Below the pieces are notes generated by a model. It worked only from the letters and a program-made list of their open reading frames with translations. It made no database searches and was not told where the DNA came from. This document shows, in pieces, positions 38,501 to 50,906 of a stretch of DNA of 64,000 nt (positions within the stretch are counted from its first letter, which is position 1; the number at the start of each line of letters is the position of its first letter). The stretch lies in the NCBI GenBank assembly GCA_964270895.1, contig OZ185440.1. One strand, written 5' to 3'. The DNA comes from Podarcis filfolensis (Eukaryota). The position numbers and the translations under genes were made by a program.

Positions 38501-41500
38501 GGGTGAAAAACTTAATGTGATAAACATATATGCCCCAAATCTGAATAAACCGGAATTCTTTAGGAAACTGGAACAAATTTTACTGGAGTTAGAGTGTAAC
38601 AAGACGATATTACTGGGAGATTTCAATGGAGTGCCGAAACCAGAATTAGACAGACAATCAGGAAAGAAAAAAAGTAGACAAGGGAAACTGCCAAGATCCT
38701 TCAATAATTTGGAGGAAAACTTAGATTTAATAGACATCTGGAGATACAAACATGCAATAGAGAAGCAATTCACCTTCTTCTCAGAGCCACACAAGAGCTG
38801 GGGTAGAATTGATCAAATCTGGGTCTCAAGGGAACTTACACTAAGAACTATAAAGTGTGAAATTCAACCTAGAACTCTCTCTGATCATAACTCGGTAGTT
38901 TTAGAAATAAAAGGCAAATCACAGGGCGGGTTCAGATGGAGAATGAACGAACATCTATTGGAGAGCGAAGATGTGGTTGAAAAAGCCAAAGCTACCTTAA
39001 AAGGTTATTTCAGCCTGAATCTTAATAAAGAAACAAGTATGGACATAGTCTGGGACGCCAGTAAGGCGGTTTTAAGAGGGTTTTTTATTCAGCAAAATAG
39101 TTACAGGAGGAAAGTAAGAGAACAAAAGAAAGAGGAAATCCTTAACCAGCTAAGAGAGTGTGAGAAAAAATTAACAAATCCAAAAGATGAACAAAACATG
39201 CAAATAATAAAATTGTTATAATCTCAGTACTCAATGTTAACAAGTCAAGAAATTGAATGGAAAATTAAATCAATGAAACAAAAATACTTCGAGTCAGCTA
39301 ACAAAACGGGTAAATTATTAGCTTGGCAATTGCGAAGAAGGCAAAAACAAAACGTAATAAACAAGATAAAAATAGAGGAGCAATTGATAGAAGATCCAAA
39401 AGAAATAAAGGAAAATTTCCTCAAATTCTATGAGAAGTTGTACAAAAAAAGAAGAGGAAGAAATAACCCGAATAGAAAAATATCTAGAAGATTACAATGG
39501 GAAGACCATAACAGAAGAAGAAAGAATTCAATTAAATAACCCCATAAAAGCAGAAGAGATCCAAGAGGTGATAAGGAAGATGAAACCAGGGAAAGCCCCA
39601 GGACCGGACGGATTATCAGCCAAATATTATAAAGTATTGGAAAACCAATTAATGCCAGTGCTATGTGACATCATGAACAACATATTAAGAGGAGGAAGGG
39701 TACCAGAGACATGGAAAGAGGCTCACATTACGATGATCCCTAAACCAGACACGGATAAATTAAATATTAAAAACTATAGACCCATATCACTATTAAATAA
39801 CGATTATAAAATCTTCGCGGAGGTGATGGCAAGCAGACTTAAAAAATGTCTAGTAAATCTAATACATAAGGATCAAGCAGGATTCCTTCCAAATAGGTTA
39901 CTTAAAGATAACGTAAGGCATACCATAAACATTATTGAAAATCTGGAATGTAAGAACGAAATACCCGCGGCGCTGATTTTCATTGATGCCGAAAAGGCAT
40001 TCAACAATGTTTCATGGCAGTTCCTATTAAAGAGTATGGAGAAAGCAGGGCTAGAGGGCGAGTTTATGGATGGAATAAAAGCAATATATTCGAACCAATC
40101 TGCAAAACTGATTATAAATAACAATCTAACAAATTCATTTAAAATTGAAAAAGGAACAAGACAGGGACATTTTGGGTCAGCTTTATTTCCTTTAGGTTTG
40201 GGTCAGCTTTATTTCCTTTAGCTGATTTAGTTATTAGTGACAAAGCTTCTGAAATATACTTACAACATTGAAGTAGATGTTGCCGCCAGTGTCTGCAGGA
40301 CCTCTGTACAGAGGGCTGTTCTCTCCAGTGTATCCCTCCCAGGAGCCATGGAAGTCATAGGTCATCACATGGAAATAGTCCAGGTACCTGTTGGGGAGGT
40401 AGGTACGTAGGTATTCAGAGATGGGTTCATTTGTGGCCAATTTGCTATCTTACCAGGTTGACAATTAGAATTGTGATATTGATATTGATAATCTATAGCT
40501 GGTCTTCTAACTTCTATGCAGAAAAAGCCCAAAATCTGTAAGTAGGGCAATGCCTTTATTAGGTCAGCCAAAATGTCACAAAATAGTGAGCAAGCTTTTG
40601 AGTTCTCTAGAACTCTTCATCAAGCTGAGAGCAAAGCAAAGATCTGTGTTAAGGTGGAGTTTAGGAAGAGAGCGCAGACCTACCCAGCTACCCTTTTGCT
40701 TTATTGAGGCAGAAAAGGGTGATATCTCTTTATCCATTGCTCACTCAGTATGCACATGCCAGGCACCTCTAAGCAGTAGCTCAAGTACATCTGCAGTTCA
40801 GTATACTTACTGGCCCAGCTGAGGAATTTCATAGCCTGACTCAATGTTGGAAAGTCCACCAGCCACAGCAGCAGTGACCATGAGCCTGGGCTTGTTGGAT
40901 TGTTGGGCTTCCTGCTCAAAGGCTTCCCGCATTTCCTATGAAAGAGAAGAAGAACTGTAGCAATTACTTCTGCATCATGCTGGATATTACCCTCCCACTC
41001 TAAGGAGGAAACCCCTGTTTCATATGATAAGCACAGACATTGAGAGAGTCAATAGCAAAGTGGTAGCTGGAACATCTGAGGGTCTGCAGGTAGGTAGTTA
41101 CTAGGACATGGTGGGGCAGTACTCTTATTTTTCCTGCAACATAAAATAGGAAGCTAGAGTGCAGCAGTCCTGTGTCCCATGCAGTCATATGCATAACATT
41201 CAATTTATTCAGAGATTCTCTGGAGTCTTTTCTGTCCATCTTGCTTGGTATACATAGAACTGAAAAATCGCAGGTACATCTATGTATTTGATGCTAGCCC
41301 TTAGATATGTAAAATTTCCAGGTGTCCACCTTTCTGGTGACTTAAATATCTCATGCTTGTGTACCGGAATTGCTTAACTGTCCACAGTATCTTTTGCAAG
41401 GGAGGGGGTTAGAGAGAAAACCAGAGTACGTTGATTCCGCCTATAGTGACCTCCTGGCTCTGCCTCCCATTAGCTGCCCTACCCACAGCACCATCTCTAG

Positions 41501-43511
41501 CTTACCTTAACCAGAACAGTAAAGAGGGCCTTATCCTGAGCAGTGCTGCCTCGAGAGCCAGGGTACTCCCAGTCAAAGTCCAACCCATCAAATTCATACT
41601 GGCGGAGGAATTTGATGACTGAGTTGATGAAAGTCTGACGAGTTGCGGAAGTGGCAACCATTGCATTGAATCTAAGTAAGAACCAGAGAAGTGGAGAATT
41701 AGGGGAAATAACTACAACCAGCACTCACTCCACTCAGCAAGAAAAGACTTGATAAAAAGTTGCAATGGACTACCTAGTCCAACCCCAAATCTCAAGACAC
41801 TGCAACCCATCCACCCCAAAGCAGCTGCCACAATTGTGAAAATGGTGCACCAAATTTATACACCAGGGATCCCATAGTCAGGTACCAAAAATCAAATAAT
41901 TGTAAATGGTTCAAATAAGTGAGCGAAATCCAATCTGCTGGTGAGATAAAAACCTCCCGTATCATCATTTGACTTGCGAGCCAATTCCTTTCAGATCTCA
42001 AATTAAGGTTATGATAATTCAGACTTCGAGTCCTTGAGTCAAACCCCATCACTGAATTGTCCCAAGAAAAATGTTATGGTGCTTACGGAGCTGTTCCAAA
42101 GTTCCAGCCTCCAATAGCCAGGAGAGTCTTGAGTTGTCCATTCCTTGAAAAAAAGGAGTAAGAGAGATTAAGTTCAGTTCTGTATTTTTTTTATTCAGCA
42201 TCCCCTGATGATTACTTTTCCTTGGGCAGAAGGGACACTATTGTGCTATAAAATATTGACTGTGAGACATCTCATATAAGGCTATTCAAATAACCATTTT
42301 TGTTTCTTTGTTTGTTTGTTTCACTCTTTCCTGGAGCAGTGAGAAATCATTCCGATTTCAAGGGTGCTGATTATTTAGACCCATTTCAGTGCAGTTTCCA
42401 CTGAAATAGCATTGGCAACCCTATTGATTCTATGTGGCATTTGATATCATTGACTCCTAGATCAGTTCTGTTAATGTGTTGTCTAGTTCACAGGGTTCTA
42501 CTCTGCGTCCCATGCTTTTTAACTTCTATATGGGATTTGGAGGACAGTGTTATCAGCATGTTAACATAAATAACAAAGGATGAATCCTGATAAGATAGAG
42601 GTACTGATGGTGGTTTCTGGGTCTGGGAATTGTGTAGATTGCCTGTCCTGAATGAAGTTCCACTTCACGAAGGAGCAGGTGCATAGCTTGGGAGTGCTCC
42701 TAGAGCCATCACTTTGACTAGAGGCTCCAGTGGCCTCAGTGGCTAGGAGGACGTATTCCCAGCTATGGTTGGTCTGCCACATACAGCATTTCCTAGACCA
42801 GGATAGCTACCTGACTACAATAGTACATGTTGTGCTAACCTCACATTTAGAATACTGCAATGTACTCCACGCAGGACTGCTCTATGTGGGTCTTTCAGAT
42901 AACAAAGTTGCATTTCAAAAAAAAAAAGGGAAAAAAAGAAAAGAAAAGAAAAGAAAAGAAAAGAAAAGAAAAAGAAGGTATACAACAACTTTCACTGGAA
43001 TTTGTATATAAATGCATTTGTACCTGAAACAGGTCTGGTGCTTGATACATTCTAGATTTGTTGTATCTTACTGCAACAACTTCACAAGAGAAGCCCTGTG
43101 GTTTCCTGCCTTATACTGTATAATATCAGGCATTTGCTACCAATCATGCAGATGCTTTCAGAGAGGCACTCTGCAGAAAATGATCAGCAGGCAATTTAAG
43201 AAAATAAATTAGAACCAACTTGTCATCAGGCAACTTACTGGTTTTTCAGCCCGTTGAAAGATTGGTAAAGGGTCACATCATTCCACTCAATGGTGGCGAT
43301 CTCGTTGTTCTTCATGCCAGCAAATGCATAGATCAGCTGGGTACACAGGCATGGGTCAATGTTGTCAGGTTTGAATTTTCCCAGGCCTGGTCTGTACTGG
43401 GCCCAGTTGGTAAAGTAGCATGTCAGCTGGTAGGCAGAGCCTATGGTTAAGAGAAAAGTTGTGATAGTAGTAGGATATGTTCCACAATGAACCCAGTGTG
43501 GCTGGGGAACA

Positions 43512-43564
<53 letters not shown>

Positions 43565-44476
43565 AAGCCAGGATTTGGGACAGAGTTTTGGGCCTCATTC
43601 AGAAGAATAAACAAGAACTCCTCACCCCAAAACCCCCAAGAGGGTATTTTGAAATAAATGAAGGAATGCACATTACCATGTAAAGGGGGAGGGCATGAAT
43701 TCAACTCAGAAATTATCTCATTATGTTAATGCTATTCCTTAGGAACAGGCAGATCCATTTTGTTTATCTCCCAAAATAAGCTCCTGAAAGTGGCACGAGT
43801 GGCATAGGAGATGCTCAACACAGCTCAATTGCTTTCGCTCTACCTGTTTATTACTTACCCAGCTGAGCATTCAGCAAAAGCGCCAGACCTACAAAGGAAA
43901 TAAAGAGTAAAGAAATAAGCCATTGAGGTAGGTGTGTGTGTAAGAGAGCCCAATCATATGGACTTAAGAATGAAAGGCATTCAAATTAATGATGAACCCA
44001 AGAATGTTTTGCATTAAATAATAATGGCTCTGAAATTTTTTTTCCCTAAGGAAAAACAAGCAGTTTTCCCTAATATGCTGTTTTGGATGTTAGTTTCACT
44101 AATATATGTGGTTTTATGCACATTTCCCCTTAATATATGCATTTTTGTTTGGTTGGCAAACTGCATCACAAAATTTGGAAAAGAGTGCATTTCGAAGCAT
44201 AGCCGTGTTTCAGTTTGTATATTGGTTTGAGAAATGCAGACAGGTAGTCAATAAACTGCAAACAAAATTGAATTTCCCCTCCATCCCTACTCAGAAGTAA
44301 GTCTTATTATGTACAATGCAGCTTTCTCCCAACTAACTGTTGATAGAATTGCAGCCTCAGTCACATTTCAGACTGGCTCATTCATTACAGTGTTTAAAAA
44401 TAAAACTCAATAACACAATGTATAGACATAAAGTGGTCATTATAGACTTACCGGTAAGGAGAATCAACTTGGCCAT
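32511..44476 (-). CDS. CHIA: Gene C: acidic (mammalian-type) chitinase, CHIA paralogue, 480 aa
   Basis: Exons 44476-44452, 43888-43859, 43440-43239, 42143-42087, 41671-41506, 40935-40811, 40387-40264, 35921-35736, 34408-34289, 34193-34052, 32776-32511; all GT-AG; 1443 nt. [26 protein letters not shown], Ser/Gly hinge, CBM14 ending CECCNWA*; AATAAA at 32444-32449 (minus). Confidence 0.95.
32822..33296 (+). mobile_element. RTE-clade LINE 3' fragment in gene C intron 10
   Basis: [18 protein letters not shown]...[10 protein letters not shown]-terminal [11 protein letters not shown] zinc knuckle, (GAA)n tail; 8-bp TSD AGGATCAG (32814-32821, 33297-33304). Confidence 0.85.
33563..33738. mobile_element. 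hAT-type MITE (same family as 49961-50118)
   Basis: TIR CAGTGGCGTAG / CTACGCCACTG; exact 8-bp TSD ATGCCACC. Confidence 0.85.
36020..40168 (+). mobile_element. L1/Tx1-clade LINE, 5'-intact and 3'-truncated, antisense in gene C intron 7
   Basis: About 1.2 kb 5' UTR; coiled-coil ORF1 from 37277 (frameshifted); ORF2 from ATG 38209 with APE endonuclease (SWNVNG, LQETH, NIYAPN, LGDFN, GRIDQIW, SDH) and RT ([23 protein letters not shown]) ending at KGTRQG. The 5' boundary is approximate. Confidence 0.92.
40530..40635 (-). mobile_element. Short Penelope-like terminal fragment with degenerate hammerhead-like motif
   Basis: Minus strand CTTGATGAAGAGTTCTAGAGAACTCAAAAGC: a TGATGA core and GAGTTC/GAACTC stem, but GAAA reads AAAA. 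Confidence 0.4.
42590..42885 (+). mobile_element. L2-like LINE fragment in gene C intron 3
   Basis: Translation ...[19 protein letters not shown] resembles the L2 RT C-terminal motif (LDYCN.LY.GL). Confidence 0.6.
43512..43563. repeat. (TTA)n microsatellite
   Basis: Direct reading. Confidence 0.95.
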
Positions 44477-44516
44477 GGTTGAGCTGTGTACCACTTTTCC
44501 ATAGTTCTCAACTGCC

Positions 44517-44559
44517 TTTTATAGACGACATCCTTATTTAATCACATGGCTCCTTATCA
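44517..44559 (-). promoter_or_regulatory. Gene C core promoter: TATAAAA plus GATA site
   Basis: TATAAAA at 44523-44517 and TGATAA at 44559-44554 on the minus strand, upstream of the ATG at 44476. Confidence 0.65.
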
Positions 44560-46766
44560 GAAAAGATAACCAAATCAGCTTTTTGACAAAGCTAATTGGT
44601 AGTTAATGGATTAATAAATAGATATTTCCATCTCACCTCTGCAGTTTGCCGTTATTTTCCTACAGCGGATTATGTAAACCTGCTGCCATTATGGAAATGA
44701 CAGAGCTACAATAATAGCCTCATGGACATAAAGCCTGTTTGGGAACGTGTTTGCTCTAATCTGTATGGAGTTGATAGTGGCTATTAATGCTTCTAATTGT
44801 TATAACAATGTTTGAATTACTGTGTAAACAGTGTTTCAGGGAATATGACTGTGGAATGTTAGTGGAGAGAATGACGATAGATAAAATTATTTCAAAGTGA
44901 ACTGTATGGCAGGTAGACCCAACAAGGTTTTGTGTGTCTATCTGGTTTGCTGGCACTGCCAGCTTTTGTGGAGTCACATTTTTGATGTCCTTGCTCTATT
45001 CAGCCACTGATTTTCTGGTGGTCAGTTGGCCTTTGCCTTTACAAAGACTCAGAGCTTGGTTCCTCTGCTCTTAAGGGATGCAAACCTCTACAATGACTCT
45101 GGTCAAACTCTTTAAGGGAAAAGTTAATAGTGAAATGGCATTTACAATTAGTGGATGGATTTCAAGCACTTGTTTTTACTATAATCAGTCTGGGGCCCTG
45201 TTGTAATAAAATATTTGGATTTATGTTCACTTATACTGAAATCCTAAATTTGGGTGGGATCCAGAGGACTTCATCATACTTAAGTCCAATTTATCTCAGT
45301 TAGCAATAAACAGCAATCAGTTTAAAGATACAAACTGGTATGATAGTATTTGGAAAGTTAGAAAACCAGTCTAGGTCATCTGCATAGAAATCTTTACTTT
45401 TATTTCTTGCATATATGCTACTGGAAATTATTCCAAAGTTAATTTTGGTTTATGTGAATCTTTAAGTGTTATTTCCTTGTAATATCATGCAGAAAGTGTT
45501 CAGTGATTTGCTGTCTTTTATTTAAGAATATTTATGAATGTGGAGTCCTGGAAAAAAAATAAAAATTCCTGAACTTTAGAGTCATTCAGTGAAATCAATC
45601 CAATGTCCTGTATTCATTTGGTGCAATGTCATGACATTGCTGCACAGTGTTCTGTGCTGCTACAACAAAGCCACTATCAAAATGTCAATAGAACATTTAT
45701 TAATAACCTTTATTGGAGATATCCACCAGCATCATAGCTTACATTTGAAACCCTTTTATCAAGTTTGCACTTGTGACACCCCTTAGAAGATTACCAGAGG
45801 CTCCAGCTTTTGGAGGCCCAATGGCTTCCAAGAGCAGGTGCACAGCTGCTGTGGTGCTTGCATTTCTGTGGGCCAGGACCTTATAAAATCACAGACAAAC
45901 AAATATATGTGGTACTAGTCATAAGTGACCAGTGAAATACCAATATTTACACAGTCCTTCAATTCAGCCAAATATTGGTTCCTAGTCCCTTTTCTCCTTG
46001 TCATGTTACTGGCCTTTAACCTTTGCGCAGCACCAGTATTTTTCCTTCTTGTGATTCCTATTGTACTCATTTTAGTTCTTTTATTGTCCGTATATACTAC
46101 AATTATTTTTTGCTGACCTAATAAAAAAAGCCCAGATAACATAGTTCTTTTTTAATGGAACGGTCATGTGAAAGCACTGTAGTGAATGTGAACAATGTCT
46201 CTTTATAGGTGACTTTCATTTTGCATTTTAAGTATTCTTTAGCATTTGGAATATTAAAGATTATTAAAGATTATTAAATAAGAATATTAAAGATTAAAGC
46301 TTTACGTCTTTAATATGGAATCTCTTTGTTATACAGTTGATGCACAACGCACGTGAGGGTTATGTTCTGGGGATGGTGCTTCAAGCCAAAATTGTGCCTA
46401 GTTAAACCAACCCTGGAACTGCCCCCAGGCAAGAAACCCTACGTTTTCTAAGCCATTGTGCCAAGCAAGCCTTGCCCCCCCCCATAAGGCAGAGAGCCTC
46501 CCAGAGCATCTTAAGCAAAGAAAGAGCTTAAAGCTCTTTCTGCACCAGGTTTGCCCACTGTGGAAATAACTTTTAAGCTCTTTGCTTTGCGTGCGTTTAA
46601 TTTGTGCCACGTCCACTGGCTGGCAACCAAGCTCTTAAAACTCTGATGAGGCAAGTTAAATGCATGTAAGTTGTGAGTCGACTGTACTCTATGACAGTCC
46701 TCCCCAACCTGGTTCTAGATACAGGTACGTAGCCGTGTTGATCTGACGCAGCCAAAAAAAATTAAA

Positions 46767-47786
46767 AAATTAAAAAATTGTCCAGTAGCACCTTAGAGAC
46801 CAACTAAATTTGTTCTGGGTATAAGCTTCCGTGCGCATGCACACTTCTTCGGATACACTGAAACAGAAGTCACCAGACCCTTATATACAGTGGGAGGGTG
46901 GGGTGGGATTTTTCTCAGAAGGATAGTAGGAGATGGGTGATTGACTCAATGGTATGGTAAACCTGTTGATGACTGTTAACGACTGCAATTAGTCCTACAG
47001 AAAAAAGCAAGGGATAGTATGCAGATGACCAAAAATAGCTTTAGCATATGTAATGAGACAAGAATCCAATATCTCCAGGTCTCTCCATAGTTTTCAGTTT
47101 AGTAATAAGTGTAATTCAGCAATTTCTCTTTCAAGTCTATTTCTGAAATTCTTTTGTAGTAAGACAGCTGCTTTGAGATCCTGTATTGAATGTCCTGGGA
47201 GATTGAAGTATTCTCCTACTGGCTTCTCTGTCTTGTGATTGCTTTGGCGTAGGGTTTGGCCTGTTTGTCCAATATAGAGAGCTGAAGGGCACTGCTGGCA
47301 TTTGATGGCATACACAATGTTAGAAGATGAACAATTAAATAGGCCTGAGATGGCATGTTTGATGTTTTTGGGTCCAGTGATGGTGTTGTCTGGGTGTATG
47401 TGGCAGCAAAGTTGGCATCTGGGTTTATTGCCAACTTGAAAGAGAAGTTGCTGAATTACAACTTATTACTAAACAATAGAGATATTGGATTCTTGTCTCA
47501 TTACATATGCTAAAGCTATTTTTGGTCATCTGCATACTATCCCTTGCTTTTTCCTGTAGGACTAATTGCAGTTGTTAACAGTCATCAACAGGTTTACCAT
47601 ACCATTGAGTCAATCACCCATTCTCACCACCCTTCTGAGAAAAACCCCACTCGACCCTCCCACTGTATATAAGGGTCTGGTGACTTCTGTTTCAGTGTAT
47701 CCAAAGAAGTGTGCATGCACACGAAAGCTTATACCCAGAACAAACTTAGTTGGTCTCTAAGGTGCTACTGGATAATTTTTTAATTT
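46767..47786. mobile_element. Penelope-like element: GIY-YIG fragment between inverted pseudo-LTRs
   Basis: Arms 46767-47075 and 47479-47786 are reverse complements. The spacer encodes YAIKCQQCPSALYIGQTGQTLRQ...HFN/YFNLPGHSIQDL (GIY-YIG-type) on the minus strand. Confidence 0.85.
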
Positions 47787-47960
47787 ATTTCCCCAACCTG
47801 GTGCCCTTCAGATGTTTCAGACTACAACTCCCACTGGGATGGCCAATGGCTAAGGATGCTAAGAGCTGTTTTCTGCAACTGGGTTTGTGATTAATTTCTC
47901 TCATCGCTGACCATGAGCTGCAGTCAAGAACAAACAGCTGATGGTTAGGAAGAAGCCGAG

Positions 47961-48954
47961 TGTCAGGGACTGAACTGAAGAGGAGGGCTGGGAATTGCCT
48001 CCTCCTTCTCCTCTGCTTCCCTCAGAGGATGAGTGGGGGAATCGCCCCCCCTCCAGTAGTTTCAAGAGAAGAGGGAGACAGGATTGAATTACAGTAGAAC
48101 TCAGAGCTGCCAAGTTATGAGGTGTTAGGAGAAGGAGGGGGAGGGGGAGACCTGCCAGCAGAGACGTCATTGGAAAGCATAGAAGAGCCACCATCCCCAT
48201 GTACTCGCCACTCAATTAGAATTGAAGAGCAAAGGGCTCAACGCCATTTGCCTCCTGAGGCCCGTAGCCAAGGACTGTTGCTGGGGAAAGAAGGGGAGGA
48301 GCTCAGAGTGAGCAATGTCACTATAGAGTTAAGGACTGGATTCTTTGTCTTGCACCACGATGACTGAACAAAACCATAAACGTTGTCAGGAGTCTTGATA
48401 ACAAACGAGCATAGTTAATTAAAAGGAAGCTTTATTGCAAAAAAACAGATTTCACCGGAGCGGCGATCACAGCCTTCCATTAATAAAGATGTCCCTTCTA
48501 AGGAGGGTGTTTCCGGCGAGACCAGAAACAGCCGGACTTCCTCTTGTGACGTATTCTGTCTTGAAGACCCCCATACACCTAGACCTTGGGCTAAGGGGGT
48601 CAACTCCCACCCCTTCCTCATTCTCTGAGAGTCTACTTCCATGGTCTTTCACGCTCTCTGAGCTGCTTTCGTTTCTAGTCCCTGCCGTTTGCCCTTCACT
48701 GGCACGCTGGCAAGCTGCCGGCTGACTCTGCAACTCTGCTATCAGTTGGCATTCCTAAGGGTGGAGGAGTTGGTTCTCGGCTATTATCCTCCTGTCTTGC
48801 AGTTAACCCTCTCTCTTCCTGGCTCCTTCCTTCACTGGGAGCTGGCTGCAAACTTCCCTTGGAGACTGGCTCATGCATGACAGTTATGAACTTTCTGGTT
48901 TCTTCCCTGATCCTTGATGCTACTGGGGGAGGAGAGAATCCCCCATGCCTGACA
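47961..48954. mobile_element. LTR-like element(s), possibly nested
   Basis: Outer termini TGTCAGG...CCTGACA with flanks CCGAG/CCTAG; a second TGTCAGG...TGACA segment at 48384-48882. Confidence 0.45.
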
Positions 48955-49960
48955 CCTAGATTCCCAATTTTTACTTAGCTCAGCACAGGTGTAAAAAAGA
49001 ATCTGGTATAGCAAAGTGAATGTGAACTCCTCTGTGAGAGCCCATATATAGAATTATATAGTTGGAAGGAACCACAAGGATCATTTAGTCTAACCCCCTG
49101 CAATGCAGGAATCTTTTGCCCAATGTGGGACTCTGTATGGTTCTGGTAAACCATAGTTTGGCTTCCTGTGTTGTTCAAACCATCTCCCTCTCTCTTGCTT
49201 ACAGGTTCACCCTAAAACGAATTACTTCTGGTAGGCAGGCCGGAAGTCAATGGTTATACCCAATGCCTATGCCAAACCTCTTAGACCTGTAATTAATAAA
49301 AGTTGTGGTCTTATTTGACCCAAAGTACTGTTTTTTGCCTGGTTACTGTATTCTATAAGACTGGGTGGGTGGTGGTGTGGTGCCTGGGCACGCAACACTC
49401 AGCTTTCTCTTGCCTCTGTGTCATGAAACTCAAGAGGATATGATCAGAGGCGTAGGAAGGTCAGGTGGTACCCGGTGCGGAAAATTTCTTGTCACCCCCC
49501 CCCCACATTGATTTTTAATTTTATTTTGCCTGCAAAAATGGTTTTACATTATTTCATATTTTCTTACAAAGGAATGTGGATTCTGGGCCTCTGATAACAA
49601 GTAGGCGACTATGGACAGATACTTAAATCTACAGGATGGATTGTGTTTTGGCTTGTGTTATTTTATTTATATTTATTGTTTATTTATTTAATAAAATTTA
49701 TTTTTAAAAAACCTGCACACTGGTTTACCAAAACAAAAAACACAAAACACCACAGCAGTAAAATCAAGAAAAATTAACAATCCTACTTTAAAACATACAA
49801 AAGCTAAAATATTAAGATTAAAATTATTTCAGTTTCCTAAGCATCTAGGTTTGCTTGTCTAAAGAAGAATGCTTTTACCAGGTGTCCAAAAAGAGTCTAG
49901 CAAAGGCACGTGCTTTGTTGCAATAGGCGGGGAGTTCCAAAGTGCAGGTGCTGTCACAGC

Positions 49961-50118
49961 AGTGGCGTAGCGTGGGTTGTCAGCACCCGGGGCAAGGCAA
50001 GTAATTTGCGCCCCCTAACCTGTGGATTTGCGCCCCCTAACCCGTGGATTTGCCCTAACCCCCAGATGTTGCGCCCGGTGCGGCCGGCCCCCCCTGCACC
50101 CCCCACGCTACGCCACTG
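49961..50118. mobile_element. hAT-type MITE
   Basis: TIR CAGTGGCGTAGCGTGGG; exact 8-bp TSD TGTCACAG; opposite orientation to the copy at 33563. Confidence 0.85.
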
Positions 50119-50589
50119 TGTCACAGTAAACAATGCAGTACAGATATTATGTGGAACCTGTAGTAGTGCTTGAAAATACTGAAGGGGAGATTTTATTTAC
50201 TGTTATTTCACCATGCTTTGTATTATCTGAAAAGAAAAACATTTATTTAAAAAACAGGACTGCACAGCAGCAATCTAATCTCATCATGATCAGTGGGACT
50301 TATTCCGAGCCGATGGTGCATAAGATGGGCTGCAATCCTATGCACCCCTTGCATCCAATTTGTACCTAACACTCTGCACAAGCCTGCACCAGAGAATTGT
50401 AGAGTTGGAAGGGACCCCTGAGGGTCATCTAGCCAAACCCCTGGGGCAATGCAGGAATCTCAACTAGACCATCCCTGACCGATGGCCATCCTCCTTCTGT
50501 TTTCCCCCTCAGCTAGGACACACAACAGATAAAGACACAACAACGGAGACTGGAGGTGGGGGTGGGAAACCCAGCTGATGGTAGGGCAG

Positions 50590-50906
50590 TAGGGCAGTTC
50601 ATAAAAAAACTTTTTTTTGGAACATGCCTGCTCCAAAGGTCTTATCTTACTAAACTAGGGATTATATAGCTATATCTGAAATTTCATGCATATCAGTTAA
50701 TATCTTGACCCTGCTCCACTGAATTGAAAATTCAGCTTTCACAACATAGGAAAACGGCCAAGTAAACAGCTATTTTTGTGGAGGAGGGTCAAGATATTAA
50801 CTGATATGCATGAAATTTCAGATATAGCCATATAATCCCTAGTGTAGTAAGATAAGACCTTTGGAGCAGGCATTTTTTTAAAAAAGTTTTTTTATGAACC
50901 ACCCTA
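50590..50906. mobile_element. Foldback MITE with about 130-bp inverted arms
   Basis: Arms 50590-50719 and 50778-50906; flanks GTAGGGCAG / GTAGGGCAA (8-9-bp TSD). Confidence 0.8.
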
